NCBI RefSeq assembly: GCF_009834535.1
Contig: NC_045696.1
Span: 79,796,001 to 79,860,000 of the forward strand
Direction of reading: 5' to 3'
Source of the DNA: Camelus ferus
Lineage: Eukaryota
Length of the DNA: 64,000 nt
Shown: positions 36,701 through 50,065 of the stretch, one piece after another
Numbering within the stretch: the stretch's first letter is position 1
Layout: each line of letters begins with the position of its first letter
Translations under genes and position numbers: made by a program
Notes under the pieces: generated by a model
The model's input: the letters and a program-made list of their open reading frames with translations, nothing else
Told to the model about the DNA's origin: nothing
The model's database searches: none

Positions 36701-39700
36701 AACATGAGGATATTTTTATATGTCTTAGATTTTAATTGAAAACACATAAAAAGAAGCAAAGCATATGAAAAAGGAATGCAAAAATTATGTACAATATAAA
36801 ATTTATTATATAAAAACATGTAAAGTATGGAAAGAAATATGCTAAAAATTAATAGCAATTATACATGGTTATAGGGTTATGAGTGACTTACTCTCCAACT
36901 TTAGTTTTTTTGCAATTTCCAAAACAATATAAAAATCTTAAAATTTTCTGATTGGTTGAATGATATGTATATACTCTTATCTGCAAATATCTGATAAAAC
37001 TCAGATAATGCCACATTTTTCAAGATTTATTGTTCTCTCCCAGATTCTCATGGATCACTCAAAATTATATTCCAAAAGTATGGTGGGTAAACTTCACACA
37101 ATATTCTAATAAGGGAGAATCTATTAGCAATAGCAGTCTTACTAACAATGATCCTAATTAAAGAAAACTTTGTGGTTGCATTTTTTAAAATAGGACCCAT
37201 AACTTAATACTTAATCTTGGTTATTTCTGCTAGTATTGGGCTTTATGTTATCTGTTTTTAAACAAACCTTGAAATTCCTTTGTGCCACAACTTCTGAAAA
37301 CAGGTTTGATATTTATTTCTTAAAAGAACTTTGAGATGCCTTAGAAAAAGGTTTTATAACTCCAAAGTATTATCTTGTTTTTATAAAATATTGAATATAT
37401 TTTATAAAATATGTATTTCTTATTAAAATTTGAGCTTATGATTCTAATTTACTACTGAAATCTCATTTTAATATCTAGCTTCTTACCAAAACAACTATAC
37501 TCACAAGAGTTTTCACTGCATATTCCCTTAAATATGCTTTTAATTTGTCCATGCTTCATTCAAAAATATCATAAATTTCCTTTCAAAACAAAAAATTGAC
37601 ACCTAATTTTTCCTAATTCAGTCTTCTCACCGATAGACTGTATCAGGCAGTTTAAAAGTTTTATTACCTTATCTCCGTGACTTATTTCACCAAAGAGGTA
37701 AAGAATATAGCTTCAGACAAATATAACTTGGAACTAAGTCACCATTCCTACATTCAAACAAATACATCTCATATTGAAGTCCTTTATCTTCTAGAAAATT
37801 AGCTTCTCAGTCTTTACAAATGTCTGCATGAAATTTTTAAAATTCAACAAAATATCTGGAATATGTTTTGTAATCCTGATACCAGTATTTTTGTGTATAT
37901 TTACTGTAATTCTGCCTTTAACTTCAACGTATTTATAACAATTTGCCTCATTGCAAAGCTTATTTCAAAGACATAACACTTTGACAAACAAATTAAGCAA
38001 TCTTTGATAAAAACAGTAAAGTTTTCTATCTTATAGTACTTGACTGATAAACCAAAATCACCACAAATATACATAAACCTACCCAGCAGGCTGCCTGTTT
38101 TCCCATTTTAAGGTGAATTGAAAAGTTATCTTTGTCTCTCCTTGCTGTCTTATAGTTTGGTTTCATAAAGTATACTCTTCAGGGTGTTATGACTGATCAT
38201 TTAATTCCTTTTCTAGCCTTGAATCTCATAGAAGTAGAGAATATTACAGACACTAGAAGACCAGGCATTTATTCTTCACTTTCTCCCAGTGTTCATAGAC
38301 AAAGTCTTTAATATTATTAAATCTGAAGGTCAGCTTCCTTTTGTCACATAAGAGTTGAATGTCCTTGTGGAAGTTACTTCCTGACTACTCTGTGAATGTC
38401 CCAGGCATTTATCCCACAAAAAGTGTGCCAGAGAGGAGACGTGTCTGCTCCATGGCAGAAGAGAGGAACACAAGGGGAGGCAGGGGCAAAGAGTACATTT
38501 TGTTTGCTTAAGATTTTATGTTAAAAAAAAAAAAATCCATGAGATTTGAGCATTTAAGATGAAAAAAATGTCAACTTAATTTAGAGGATAACATTAATCA
38601 AAGTCTAGAATTTTAATACTATGATATGCTAATAAATATAACTACATAATTTCTAGTCATTTAACTTTTTACTGATTTGGGCTTTATAAAGAGCTATGCC
38701 ATACAGAAACCTTTTTTTTTTTTTTCTGAAAAACTATTTGTTTAGGTATTTCTGGGTCCTATGGGATCAGACTGGTAGCAAAAATTCATGAAAAAGACCT
38801 ATCTAAATTAGAATTTAATGGCAGTAATTTTGTCTGACAATCACTAGTAATTACTCAATAAATATACATTGACTTAACTATACAGTAACAAATTTCATCC
38901 ATCAAATTAGAAAAGACTTAAAAATGATATGAATTCTCAGAATTGACCGGATATCCAGGCAAAAGTTAGTAGCACCAAGTAACTACCAGTTCAAACACCT
39001 AGATTCTCTGTCAGTTTATAGTTTTTGGATAAAATTAAGAAGAGAAATACGTTTTAGAACAGAATATAGCCATTCTCAACCAAATTGCACCTTAAAAAAT
39101 AATTGACAATAATTTAGTGTAAATGGCAAGCCCATCTCAACTGAATCTATGAAAGAAAATTTGGTTTTAATAATATTTAAGCAAACAGGATTTAGAATAT
39201 AAGAAATATTACATTAGGTGTATATAAAAAGGTGACAACTCTAAATATTACTACCCCTGGTGAGAAAGCATAGGGGAGACAGAAAAGAGCAAAGATATTC
39301 TGAATAAGGTCACTTAAATAGAGGTGGAGTTTCCTCTTCCCCATCAGCCTTGATTCTAAGAAACAGTAGAAAACTCTGAGGGAAAAGAAAGTGCCGATCT
39401 ACCCTTGCCATATTATTGACACTCCTTAATGTTTTGGGTTCTCCCCCCAAAATTAATTTTCTTTTCTCCAGTTTATCTATGGTGCCCAGAAACCACTGAC
39501 TTCCTGGAATTTTTATTAAGAATTTCACATTCCTGCCATGTTTTTCAGAACTGTGGCCTCTGCCAATAAGTTCTAATAAATTTTCACTTCTTTTCTTTCA
39601 ATAACATCCTAGAGAATATGATTCAGACTCAAATTAATCACCGATCATGTTAATGGCTCCTAGGAGTTTACTTCTGACACCCTTTATTATATTAAATCAA

Positions 39701-40077
39701 ACTTGATACTGTGCTAGATCATTGCTCAGCTAGGTTTTCGTAAAAGCACTGGTATTTAATATGATTTATACTTGGCTTTCTATTAATATCTTTGCTTATT
39801 GTGTGTTTTATTTTTAAAACCGACATTCTTATCTAATGGCATCCCTTTAAAATATATCGTACTTTAAAAATATTTTACAGGAAGCATTTTACAGTAAAAT
39901 GTGTTACTTAAAGTCACTTAATAGTGAACAGGAACAATTTACTTAATTTATAATAAAAATGTCAATACTTTACTTGTAGTTTGGAAAAGTATGTGTACAT
40001 ATATATGCTTTGCTTATTTAAAAGATCAATTATATGTCAAGGTGATTAGAAATTTAATGTATTGTGTTTTTTTAAAG

Positions 40078-40223
40078 CTTTGCAGCAAAGGGGCAGCTCT
40101 GGGAAAACCATTTGAAGCATCTTCTGAAGATATAGCAAGCGTGGCAAGTTTCATTGAGACAAAGCTTGTTATGTGCTATTTACGAATGAGGAAACCTGAC
40201 CTTGCCCTGAATCACGCGCACAG
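40078..40223 (+). CDS. SPATA16: Internal coding exon of spermatogenesis-associated protein 16 (TPR region); equivalent to human exon 3
   Basis: Translates as LCSKGAALGKPFEASSEDIASVASFIETKLVMCYLRMRKPDLALNHAHR, matching recalled human SPATA16 (LCSKGAVLGEPFDAPAEDIASVASFIETKLVTCYLRMRKPDLALNHAHR). Bounded by acceptor tgtgtttttttaaAG (AG at 40076-40077) and donor CAG|GTAAAA (GT at 40224-40225). 146 nt, phase 0 start, phase 2 end. No neighbouring exons were recognised in the window. Confidence 0.95.
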
Positions 40224-41249
40224 GTAAAATGAAGTGTAAATAACTGCAAGAAAGTACCGTCCATGCAAGCGGAGGCTATAACATGAGCTCCTATGGTTAA
40301 CTTCCATTCCATTTACATATAAGACAAAACAAAAAACATTACTTTACTACCTGGTTTATATTAAGCTAGACAATCATAGAGATCACAAAGGGCATCTCAA
40401 AACCTAATGGAAGAAATAGACACATAAATAACTATCTATAATGCAGGACAACATAAAAAGGCAGATAACTGCAGTAGCAATTACTGCAGGAAAAAAAAAA
40501 AAAAAAAAAAAGGAGCAGATGAATAAAGTAAGTAAGGGATAAGAAGGATTTCCAAAATTGCCCAGGATATTGAGAATGGTAGGTGGAAATTTCAACCATG
40601 AACCAATGAGCAACGACTTAAAAGTCTGTGGTTTTTTGGTGATGGTATAGCTGATTAAGAGGATGCTGTCTATGCAGGGTGAGTGTGACAGTTGTCCAAA
40701 AGTGTGAAACACTTTTTTATCTAGACCTTTAAAGATTTCTTTTGTATATTTCTATTATTTCTATCCCTCTTCAGACCTTTGAATCATTGTGTTATCTTGT
40801 GGCTTCCCAGAATCCTCAGGGTTACCCAGGCCTATCTTTTTTTCCCTAAAAATGCCCTCTATCTCCTGTCTCCTAAAGGCCTTGCTCTTATCATGGGTAA
40901 TACTCAGTTTAATCTACAAAAGATAAAGTGACTATATTATGCCTTTCAAATAACTCTTTTCTTAGAATTATCATGCCTCTATCTCTACTTCCCTGACTTA
41001 GAGCAATTTACCTAGAACTTTAGTCTTGCCCATTCTCTGATCTCACATATTCTGGATTTCTTTTGGATACAAATAACAAAACTAATATCAGCATGAAAAC
41101 GCAATGCCTGCCCTGTTAATTACCAGTAGGAAACATAAGTCTCAATTATACTAAGACTCATTATGTGAGCGGGAGATCTGCCAACATGGTAAAATTCATT
41201 TACAACTCTACATTCACTATGATGGCAAAAGTTCCACCAAAGATTCTTC

Positions 41250-41750
41250 ACAGCCCTAAGCTTGTAGACTGCAAGCCTGTAGGCTTAAGCTTAACATTAA
41301 GAACCTGCAGACAACAAAATTACTTTGAAATTCACAAGGTAACCTGCTTGAAAGAAATATTCTTTCTTAAGTAAACTGCAGAACCTAAATGCAGATTCTC
41401 TTTGACACCAAAAGAAATTCTGACTGTATTTTCTGCAAACATTTTATGCAACCATAGCTTCTGGACATATGGTATATCGAAGAATGTTACTGCATTTCCA
41501 TTTGAAAGGAACAATATTGGAAAAGCAACATATATTTCAGTATGTCAAAATATTGGAATTTCTGGGCTACTTGGGTGACTTGTGAGTACAATGGAAAAAA
41601 TAACTGAAATCAGGAATAGTCCAGAAAATCTATAGGCATATGTAAACAATGATGAATTGAGATACACTTGAAAAAAATCATCACCTTCTCCATGGCTTTA
41701 ACTATACATAAAAAGGGTCACCAACATGGCCTACATATTAAGGAAAATAT
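41250..41750 (+). mobile_element. Highly degraded L1 ORF2 fragment
   Basis: caatggaaaaaataac...agtccagaaaat... loosely resembles the WNRIESPEI-coding region. Confidence 0.4.
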
Positions 41751-43195
41751 CTCCTGGACTTTAGAATAGTTTGATGGATTTTCAAATCATTTTTAATAAT
41801 AAAAAGGATTCCAAATAGTATGGTCATGTCAAAATCTAATTCAGTGTTATACAAATAAGTAATGAACATTTATCAAAAATTGCACCATAATCCAAATACA
41901 AGAAGCAATAAAATGCTACAGTTCCTAAGGATGCAAGTATTAGTTTCAATAGGTTCACGATTTAGACTTAGAAACTTCTATTTTAAAACTAAGAGTGCTC
42001 TTTCAAGACCCTGAATATTACTGAGGGAAGGATATATAATAGTGAATAGTAAAATAATCTTCCCTATTATGCTAGAATTAATTCTTGTATCCTTTTTATT
42101 CTATTGTAAGATAACTTTTGCTTCTGGTTCTAAGTTGAACCTTAAGTAAGAAATGCAAATCAATAGAGGTTAAACAGTCAATTCATACAATTAATAATGC
42201 ACCAAGTGAAATAAATCATTTTGCTGGGCCTGTCATATTGCAGAACTGCAGAAGCCAGTGCATATGTTTCTAATATTAAAATGTTTTTGAAGATCTTAGA
42301 TTTTAAAATAAAATCTGAAACATAAATATATTTCTCAAAATAAATAAATTAATCAAGATACTCAAGTCTATAAATAGCTTACAACCATTAGTTATACACT
42401 GAATGCAGAATCGTGCTTTTCTATTATTACCACATTGTGATGGTTGAGACTAATCATGGATCAAAATTAAAATATTCCCTTTTTGCATTTATTTGCATTT
42501 GCTGAAGCATCCTTTCTTTAATTTTATGTAAATGTGAGGTCTATTGCATATCTTTAGGAGATTCGTTAACACAAAAATCAGCTTGAAAACCATCATGTAG
42601 TTTTGCTTCTGATAAAAATAAATGCACATTGTTTTGTCATGTAGAAGACTACAAGAACCATAACTTTATGGTTTTAGGTTCAGCAAAGATACATTCTGAA
42701 ATTAATTAGCTGAGTATTGCCATTTAAAATATGATAATAAGTGATACAAAGGCTCTAGGAAAAAATATTAACAATTTCTTTCCTTTTTAAAATAACATAT
42801 CCAGAGTGGTAGATATGGATATCATTTTTTTTTTAACTTCAACCAAAAGGGATGCCTAGACTCCCTAGTCAAACTCTTTGTTCACTTCATCAAACTAATG
42901 TCATTGTTTACCAGTAGGTGCTTGAACATTCCTAAGACTGATTTCTAATTACTGCTATCTTATCAAGAGTAGAAATCCTGCTATAACTTGTTTCTATCAT
43001 ATATATTTTGATGTGTACAATTGTAAAGATTCTAATGATACCTATCACCTTTTTTTGCATTATTTCCCACCTTTAGATTGATGTTTGTTTTTGCTGCAGA
43101 ATTTTGATGCCATGTGGCAGGCAAGATGAAATCTAAAATACCAAATATGTGGAAATGAGCCTATTTTCAAAATTGTTTTATAATGGTGGTATCTA

Positions 43196-43400
43196 CATTC
43201 ATTTATTAAACAAATATTTACTGAATGCTTACCAAGAGCCTGTGCTAGACAGTGGGGAGGCAGTTGTAAACAGAAAATATATGATGCTTATACAGAGGTA
43301 GCAATTAGAACAGGTAGCGAACAAAGTTTAAAAAAACAAATATTAATAAATATGAGAAAAAAGTGTGATAATGCAATGAGGGTAATAAACATAATTTCAT
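43196..43400 (-). mobile_element. L2 3' end
   Basis: cattcatttattaaacaaatatttactgaatgcttacca. Confidence 0.75.
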
Positions 43401-43404
43401 GTTG

Positions 43405-43585
43405 CAGAGGCAGTACTGTATATTAAGTCAGAACATGGAGTCTGGAATCTGACTGCTCAGGTTTTAATTCTTACTCCCTCACTCACTAGTTACCCTGAGT
43501 TTAATTCTCTATAAAATTGGGTTATAATAATAGTACCTAATTCACAAATACTATTTCACAAGGTTTTGTGAAAATTAAATATAAA
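43405..43585 (+). mobile_element. MIR SINE
   Basis: gaggcagta...tctggaatctgactgc...ctctataaaattgggttataataatagtaccta. Confidence 0.75.
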
Positions 43586-43594
43586 CCCATGGAT

Positions 43595-46150
43595 TTTTTT
43601 TCCAGCCATGACAGAGTTACTGGTGCTGGAACTGCCTTCCTTCTATAAACAACTATTCAACTGTACAAAATATATGAGACAACTCTTTTTAGGCATTGGA
43701 AAATGGGCACAGCAGGACTTTGATCCTTGAAAGAAGGGTAATATACATGATGAGCCCCACAATCCTCTCAGCTTTTTCCTCGGGTCATTTTCCTGCCCTA
43801 ACTCAGAGAGATGGAGATCAAGTTTAAAGTGCAAACTCACTGAGCTGAGGAAGCAGAGATTAGAATACCAGGCTGATAAAACAGCTGTAATTTACAGGGA
43901 ATGTGACCAAAGGAGAGATAGCTATGTGAGGGAGCTGGGGGTGGAAAATTGCATGAGGATTTGCTGCAGGTTCTTGGCCAATGTGAGATGTGATATAGCA
44001 GAGATTGCCTGTTACAGGACTAAGAGCTAAATGAAAACACTAAAGGACCTGCAGTGGTGGGAGATACTGAAGTATCAATGTGAAGAACTCTTACTGAGTA
44101 TCTCAGGCATTCAGCTGAGACTCCAAAAAGACCATGCTTTAAGAGTTAGGACCACGACCTCCAGAAAGGACCACACCTTAAGATTACACTCAAGCCAAAA
44201 CAGACCTGCCTTAATAGAGACCAAAACCAAGCATGACAAGAAGAGGAGTATTTGTCATTTAACTGACTGATAGGAAGAAAAATTCAACAACTTTGCAAAG
44301 ATGATATCATAATCTTGGTTCCCTACAAAGTTTCACCCAAAATGTCCAACATAAAACTAAAAATTACTATACATTCAAAGAAGTTGGAAAATCAGACTCA
44401 TATTTAAGAAAATAAACAGTCCATAGAATCAGGCCCCAAGATGACCTAGATTTGGTAGAAAAAGATTTTAAAGAAGCTATGAAAAATAGGTTCAAGGATC
44501 TTGAGGTAAAGATGGTCATAATAAATGAAGAGGTAAGAATCTCAACAGAAAAATAAAAACTACAGAAAAGAACCAAATGAAGGTTTTAGCATAGATTAAT
44601 ACAATATTTAAAATAAAAATATACTGACTGACTTTAACATCAGATTGAAGACTACTAAAGAAAGGATTAGTAAACTTCATGACAAATCAATAGAAATGAC
44701 CCATTATGAACACAGAAGAAAAAATAAAGATATTTAAAGAAATTAATCAATGCTTCAGTGACCTATCCTAAGAAACAGTAACAAGCAATCCAGTTTACAT
44801 GTAATTGAAGTCCCAAAGGGAAAGGAACAAGAGAAAAGGGCATAAAAGTAATTACAGAAAATTCCCATATTTGGCTCAGAGGAAGATCTAGTTAGACTCA
44901 ACTAAAATAAATACAAGGGAATCATATCTAGGAACAGCATAAGCAAACTTGAAAACCCAAGATGGAGAGAAAATACTAAAGGCAGATAAAGGAAAACAAC
45001 ACATCACATGCAAGGGACAATGATACAAATAACAGGTGACTTTTAATCAGAAATAATGAAGGCCAAAATATAATGGAACAAGAAGTTTAAAGTGCTGAAA
45101 GAAAAATGTCAAACCAGAATACAGCAAAAAAGTTTCTTCAAAATGAGAGTGAGATAAATAAATTTTTATATAAATAAAAGTATAAAAATTAATCTTAAGC
45201 AGATCTGAACTTTGAAAAATAATAAGGAAGATATTTCAAGCTGAAGTAAATGATATTAGTTTAAAATTTGGATCCACAAAAAGGAATGAAGAACACCAGA
45301 AATGGTAAATATGTGAATAAACACAAAATGCTATTTTTCATCTCCAAATTTATTTAAAGTTTTATGACTGTTTAAGGAAAAAATAGCATTTTATCACATT
45401 ATCTAAAGTAAAAATAATAAATAATAAGATTACACATTTAGATGTGAGTTTTGACTACAATATCACAAAAACCCCTGGGAGGAGGCACAAATGGAATTTT
45501 ACTAGTAAAGATTTTATGTGAGTTAGTACAATATTAACTTTGAGTAGCCTGTGTTAAATTAAAAATGTATGCTATAATCCCTGGAGTAATTATTTTAAAA
45601 CTCTAAAAGTATACCTAGAAAGGCAATAATGGACTTAAAATTATATACTAAAGAATATTTAACTAAAAATAAGCCAAGAAGGGAGGAAGAGAAGAACCAA
45701 TAAAGTAAAGGACACTGGAAGATAAACAACAAGATGGTAGAGTTGAACCAAATCATAATAATAATTACATTAAACATACTAAACTAACTGACTAAACATT
45801 CCAATTAAAAGGCAGAGACTGTCAGTCTGGGTGAAATCATAAGATTCAACTATGTGCTGTCTACAAAAGGACATAGTTTAAAAGCAAAAGGGAGAAAAAT
45901 TATATACCACACAGTAAATATAAAAAACTGCTTTTATGTCATATTGTCATATTATGTCATATTTGGCTATGTTAATATCAGACAAAATAAATCTCAAGGA
46001 GTATTACCAAAGATAAAATAAGGCTCAATAAAATTTTGAAAATTTGAAATCTGAGAGAGTATGTTCTCTGACTACAATGCAATTAAATTAGAAATCATTA
46101 ACAGTAAGATATCTAGAAAAAAATCCCTCAAATACTTGGAAATTTACCCA
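43595..46150 (+). mobile_element. Old L1M element: 5' UTR, ORF1 remnant and start of ORF2
   Basis: ORF1-like segment ~44400-45300 (gtaattgaagtcccaaagggaaagg, tttaaagtgctgaaagaaaa). ORF2 endonuclease start ~45750 (ataattacattaaa...ccaattaaaaggcagagactgtcag...actatgtgctgtctacaa, similar to IITLN..PIKRQRL..ICCLQE). Many stops and frameshifts. Confidence 0.85.
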
Positions 46151-46179
46151 TCAGTCAAAATATAAGAAAATAAAATAAC

Positions 46180-46270
46180 AAAGGGATGGATTTGAATCTC
46201 TGCCTCATCACTTAATAGCTTTGACTTTGGAGTAATTTAACTTCTCTTTGCATCAGTTTTCTCATCTTTA
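46180..46270 (+). mobile_element. MIR fragment
   Basis: tggatttgaatctctgcctcatcacttaatagctttgactttgg...catcagttttctcatct. Confidence 0.65.
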
Positions 46271-46701
46271 AATCTAAGTAAACTGGTTAAAAATCACTCC
46301 TGAATCTTAACTGTACCATATTTGTGTTTTGTTTCAATCCCACCACCAATAAAGAAATGCAGATTATTTTCAATGGTAATAATAGTAACAAATTCTACCT
46401 ATGCATAGAGGAGAATTTTATTTTTAAAATACCATTTTTGAACCCAGCAGATACTCAATAAAGTAGACAATTTGGAAACTTCTATGAAAATAAAACTTTG
46501 GGTCGTTATTATTTTCAACTTTGAAGATAATTAAATGCTCAGAGATGATATAAGCTTAAAGCATGATGGATAGTCAGAGTTTTAGACTGAACTGGTTCAT
46601 AATGGAAGGAACAGATTTTTTTAAAATTTCTTGCAGATCTCATGAAATGAGATATTTTAAATACAATACTCTACCAAAACTGAAGGTTTAAAATTTGGCC
46701 A

Positions 46702-48020
46702 AGAGTGACATCAGCAATATGGCAGAACAGGAGGTTTCCAGCTTGCTTCATCTCCTGGCAGCAATAATTTGGCAGCCACTCACAGACAAAAGTGACTTTG
46801 GGATCCAGGTAGGAGGCTGTGAAACTGTAGGGAGTCCAGAACTAAGGAAGGCAATTTTAATAAAGCAGGCTCAAACCAAGGGGGATGACTCACCTATGGT
46901 GGTCTTAGCTGCAGACTCAGAATTAGTTCTGACCCCTGCAGACTTGGTTATAGTCCCTCCTCCCTTGATTTTGGTTCTGCCTAAAACACAATATGCCAAG
47001 GGACCCAAGAGAAGCCATGCCTGCTTGTGCCTCAGTAATAACCCCACAGACCTTGTTCCTGGCTGTAGACACTGAAGAAACTTGTGACCTGGCTCTATTC
47101 CCTTTCAGCCATAGTCCATAAGCAGTCCTTTCAGCCCAGAGACCTGGCTGGAGATATACATATTTGTGCCCCCAGAGATCCTAAAATGTCTCTGTGACAC
47201 AGCTCCAGCCCCTCCTCACTGCAGTCAGGGAGCAGCTAGACCCACCTAGGCATCTGGGGGGAGACATGACCATCCATGCCTTCAGAGCCATGACTGTTGA
47301 CCTCACTTTCTGGCTATGAACCCTGAAGTCCTGGGACGCAGTTCCAGCTCCTATCAGTCACAATACAGAGCCAGCCTGCCTTCCCAGGAACCCATCCAGC
47401 GGTCCAGTAGAAGCCCTCCCAAGGACCCAAAGGGAGCCAGATCTGTCCACATACCTGATAACAGAACCACTGTCTGCACATCCAACTGCAGACTCTGAAG
47501 TGGACCCTTATCTCAGCACCAGCCCTACTAAGCAAGGTCCTAGAGGCAGTTCTGTCCATCCAGGGACCCAGATAGGATCCACACTCACCCAAGACCCTGG
47601 TAACAGGCTCATCAACCACAGACCCCACTGTGAACCTAGCAACAGTCAGGTGACCTGGCTCTAATCTATCTCAACTGAAATTCTGCAGGTAATCCCATCA
47701 GCCTGGGAAACCAACAGAAGCTAACAAGGGGCACCAAAATACTTAAAGCAAATATTAACAGGCTGAAGGAAGAAATACAATAATAGAGAACTTCCACACC
47801 CCCACTTTCAATAATGGACAGATTATCCAGCTTGCTTCAACAGAAAAGCGATAAGGAAAGAGCAAACTTAAATGATGCTAGACCAAATCAACATAATAGG
47901 CATATATAGAATATTTCACCCAGTAGCACCAGAATACACATTTTTCCAAGCATGTACAGAACATTCCTCAGGACAGGTCATATGTTGGCCCACAAAGCAA
48001 GTCTTAACAAATTTATAAAA
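46702..48020 (+). mobile_element. L1 (L1M2/3-like) 5' UTR joined to an ORF2 endonuclease fragment
   Basis: Starts gagtgacatcagcaatatggcagaa; C-rich repetitive UTR to ~47720; then gcaccaaaatacttaaagcaaatattaaca...cagaatacacattttt...ggcccacaaagcaagtcttaacaaattt. Confidence 0.75.
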
Positions 48021-48023
48021 TAG

Positions 48024-48330
48024 AAATAGACTCACATAGAAAACAAACTTACAGTTACCAGGGAGGAAAGTGGGTAGGAAGGGACAAGTTGGGAGTTTGA
48101 GATTTGCAGATACTAACTACTATGTATAAAATAAACACGTTTATACTGTATAGCACAGGGAACTATACTCAATATCTTATAGTAAACTATAATGGAAAAG
48201 AATATGAAAAGGAATATATGTATGTATATGTATGACTGAAACATTATGCTGTACACCAGAAATTAACACAGCATTGTAAACTGACTATACTTCAACTAAA
48301 AAATAAAAAGAAAGAAAATAAATAAAATAA
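48024..48330 (+). mobile_element. Young L1 3' UTR with A-rich tail
   Basis: aaatagactcacatagaaaacaaact...tatagcacagggaactatactcaatatc...gtaaactgactatacttcaa; possible TSD ataaaatag (48015-48023 / 48327-48335). Confidence 0.9.
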
Positions 48331-49227
48331 AATAGCTTAGCTTAAAAAAGTGGCCATTAAATTCAACAGTTCAATAGCATTTGATAAAAAAAATAATTCT
48401 CACAATCTTAGGTGAACTTAAACAAAATCACAATATTAATAATAAAACAGAAGGGAATATTGATAGTACCAGTTTCTTGATATGAAAAAATGTTTGGCTT
48501 ACTAAGTATCAGTGTTGATACTGCTTGTTGGGGGGGGCTGATAATAATAGGAAACACAAAATAAAAAGACATAATCTTACCTGAATATACATAACCCCAG
48601 CCAGGTACCTCACAATGTCTTGCTTTGGAAAAACATATGGGTGACTGTTTTGATGACACTGCCATTTATTTCAGAGGGCATTACATTATCCATACTATTT
48701 TTCTCAACTCTTAAAAAAGGACTTCAGTTTAAAAATCATTATTTCTTCCTAGTTCTATCCTTAAATTAATGGTTGTTCCTTTCAACTAAATGAAAAAAGT
48801 ACAATCTGTATTTGTTTGTTTGTTCATGTATACTTGTATGTTTGTATGAGCTTGCAAGTGTGGAGAAAACAAAGGGAAACCATGGCAAAGCCATTTTAAG
48901 GATATCTGGTTGGACTTCTTGCAAGCAGGCACTCTGCCTCTTTGAGAAGTTAGGCATATTAAAATACTGTATGGACCATTAGTACCTTTATATCACTTGC
49001 CATTTTATCCTCATGAAAATATATCTACCTATAAAAAGATGCTTCCACTGAGGATTATATTAGACACTCCAAGTTTTCTTTTTAACCTGAAAAAGAATAT
49101 AAAAAAATGCCAATTTCTGTGGAAAGGCATTATGTTCACTGTACCATACAGCAGGAAACAGCCACAATATCTTTATACAGTGTAAAGTTGACCACAGTGA
49201 GAAACAGTTCTCCAGCAGGAACAAGAA

Positions 49228-49360
49228 CAAGCACTTACTGAATGCCTACGATGTAGTAGGTGTGTGTTAGGCACTTCATATGCTTTCTCAGTTAATCCTT
49301 CCAATAACTTCCTGGGAAGGGTTCATCGCTACATTTACAGATGAAGGAACTACATCCTAG
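49228..49360 (-). mobile_element. MIR fragment
   Basis: cacttactgaatgcctac...ttaatccttccaataac...tttacagatgaaggaact. Confidence 0.7.
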
Positions 49361-49966
49361 CAAACCTATGATATCACAGTGATTTTTCTTTCTCCTAAAA
49401 AATCTGACTGTCATCACATTTCATCCTGAAAATATTGAGAATCATAGCATCTTTAAAATCTGAAGGGGTTACCATACAGACTGAGGTAGCAGTGACATGT
49501 GGTGGGCATTGTCCCTGAAATTACAAAACCTAGATTCAACTCCCATTTCACTGTTTTTTTTTTTTTAAAGCTTTGATTACCTCACATGTGATCTGTGGAT
49601 AATAATACTTAGCCTGGCAAGTCTACTGTACAATATTGATGCAACACAGCTTTTAAATCACAAGACTCTGTTCTAACATGCATCACCGCTTTTCACCCTT
49701 CCTTTTACCTGAAGCCTGCCTCTTCTTTGTGATCAGCACATGAATTAATAAAATATCCCTGTAAGATAAAATACGTGGCCTTATTTGTGAAATAAATGAA
49801 TAAATAAGTAAGAAAAAAAATGAAGATTAAAGCAAATGAATTTCAAAAAACAATTAAACATGGTCATGTATTACCCAAGGAATGTACGTGTATAAGTGTC
49901 CAAAAGTCATTAACACAAGAAATAGGACGCTGATGGCTCAGACATCTTATTAGAAATTTCTTTTCT

Positions 49967-50065
49967 GAAGAAGAAGGAGAAGGAAGAGGAGGAGGAGGAG
50001 AGGGAAGGAGGGGAGGAGGAGGAGGGAGGAGGAGGAGAGGGAGGGAGGGAAGGAGGAGGAAGAGA
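49967..50065 (+). repeat. (GGA)n / GA-rich low-complexity tract
   Basis: Directly visible. Confidence 0.9.

Noticed and set aside
39991..40077. In-frame upstream extension (MCTYICFAYL...) of the ORF containing the SPATA16 exon
   Set aside because: It lies upstream of a clear AG acceptor, is AT-rich intron-like sequence, and shows no resemblance to SPATA16; it is an open frame by chance.
45935..45963. tgtcatat repeated three times
   Set aside because: Local slippage duplication inside a dead L1; no functional implication.
46695..47628. 126-aa and 104-aa ORFs
   Set aside because: Within an L1 5' UTR; no recognisable protein similarity.
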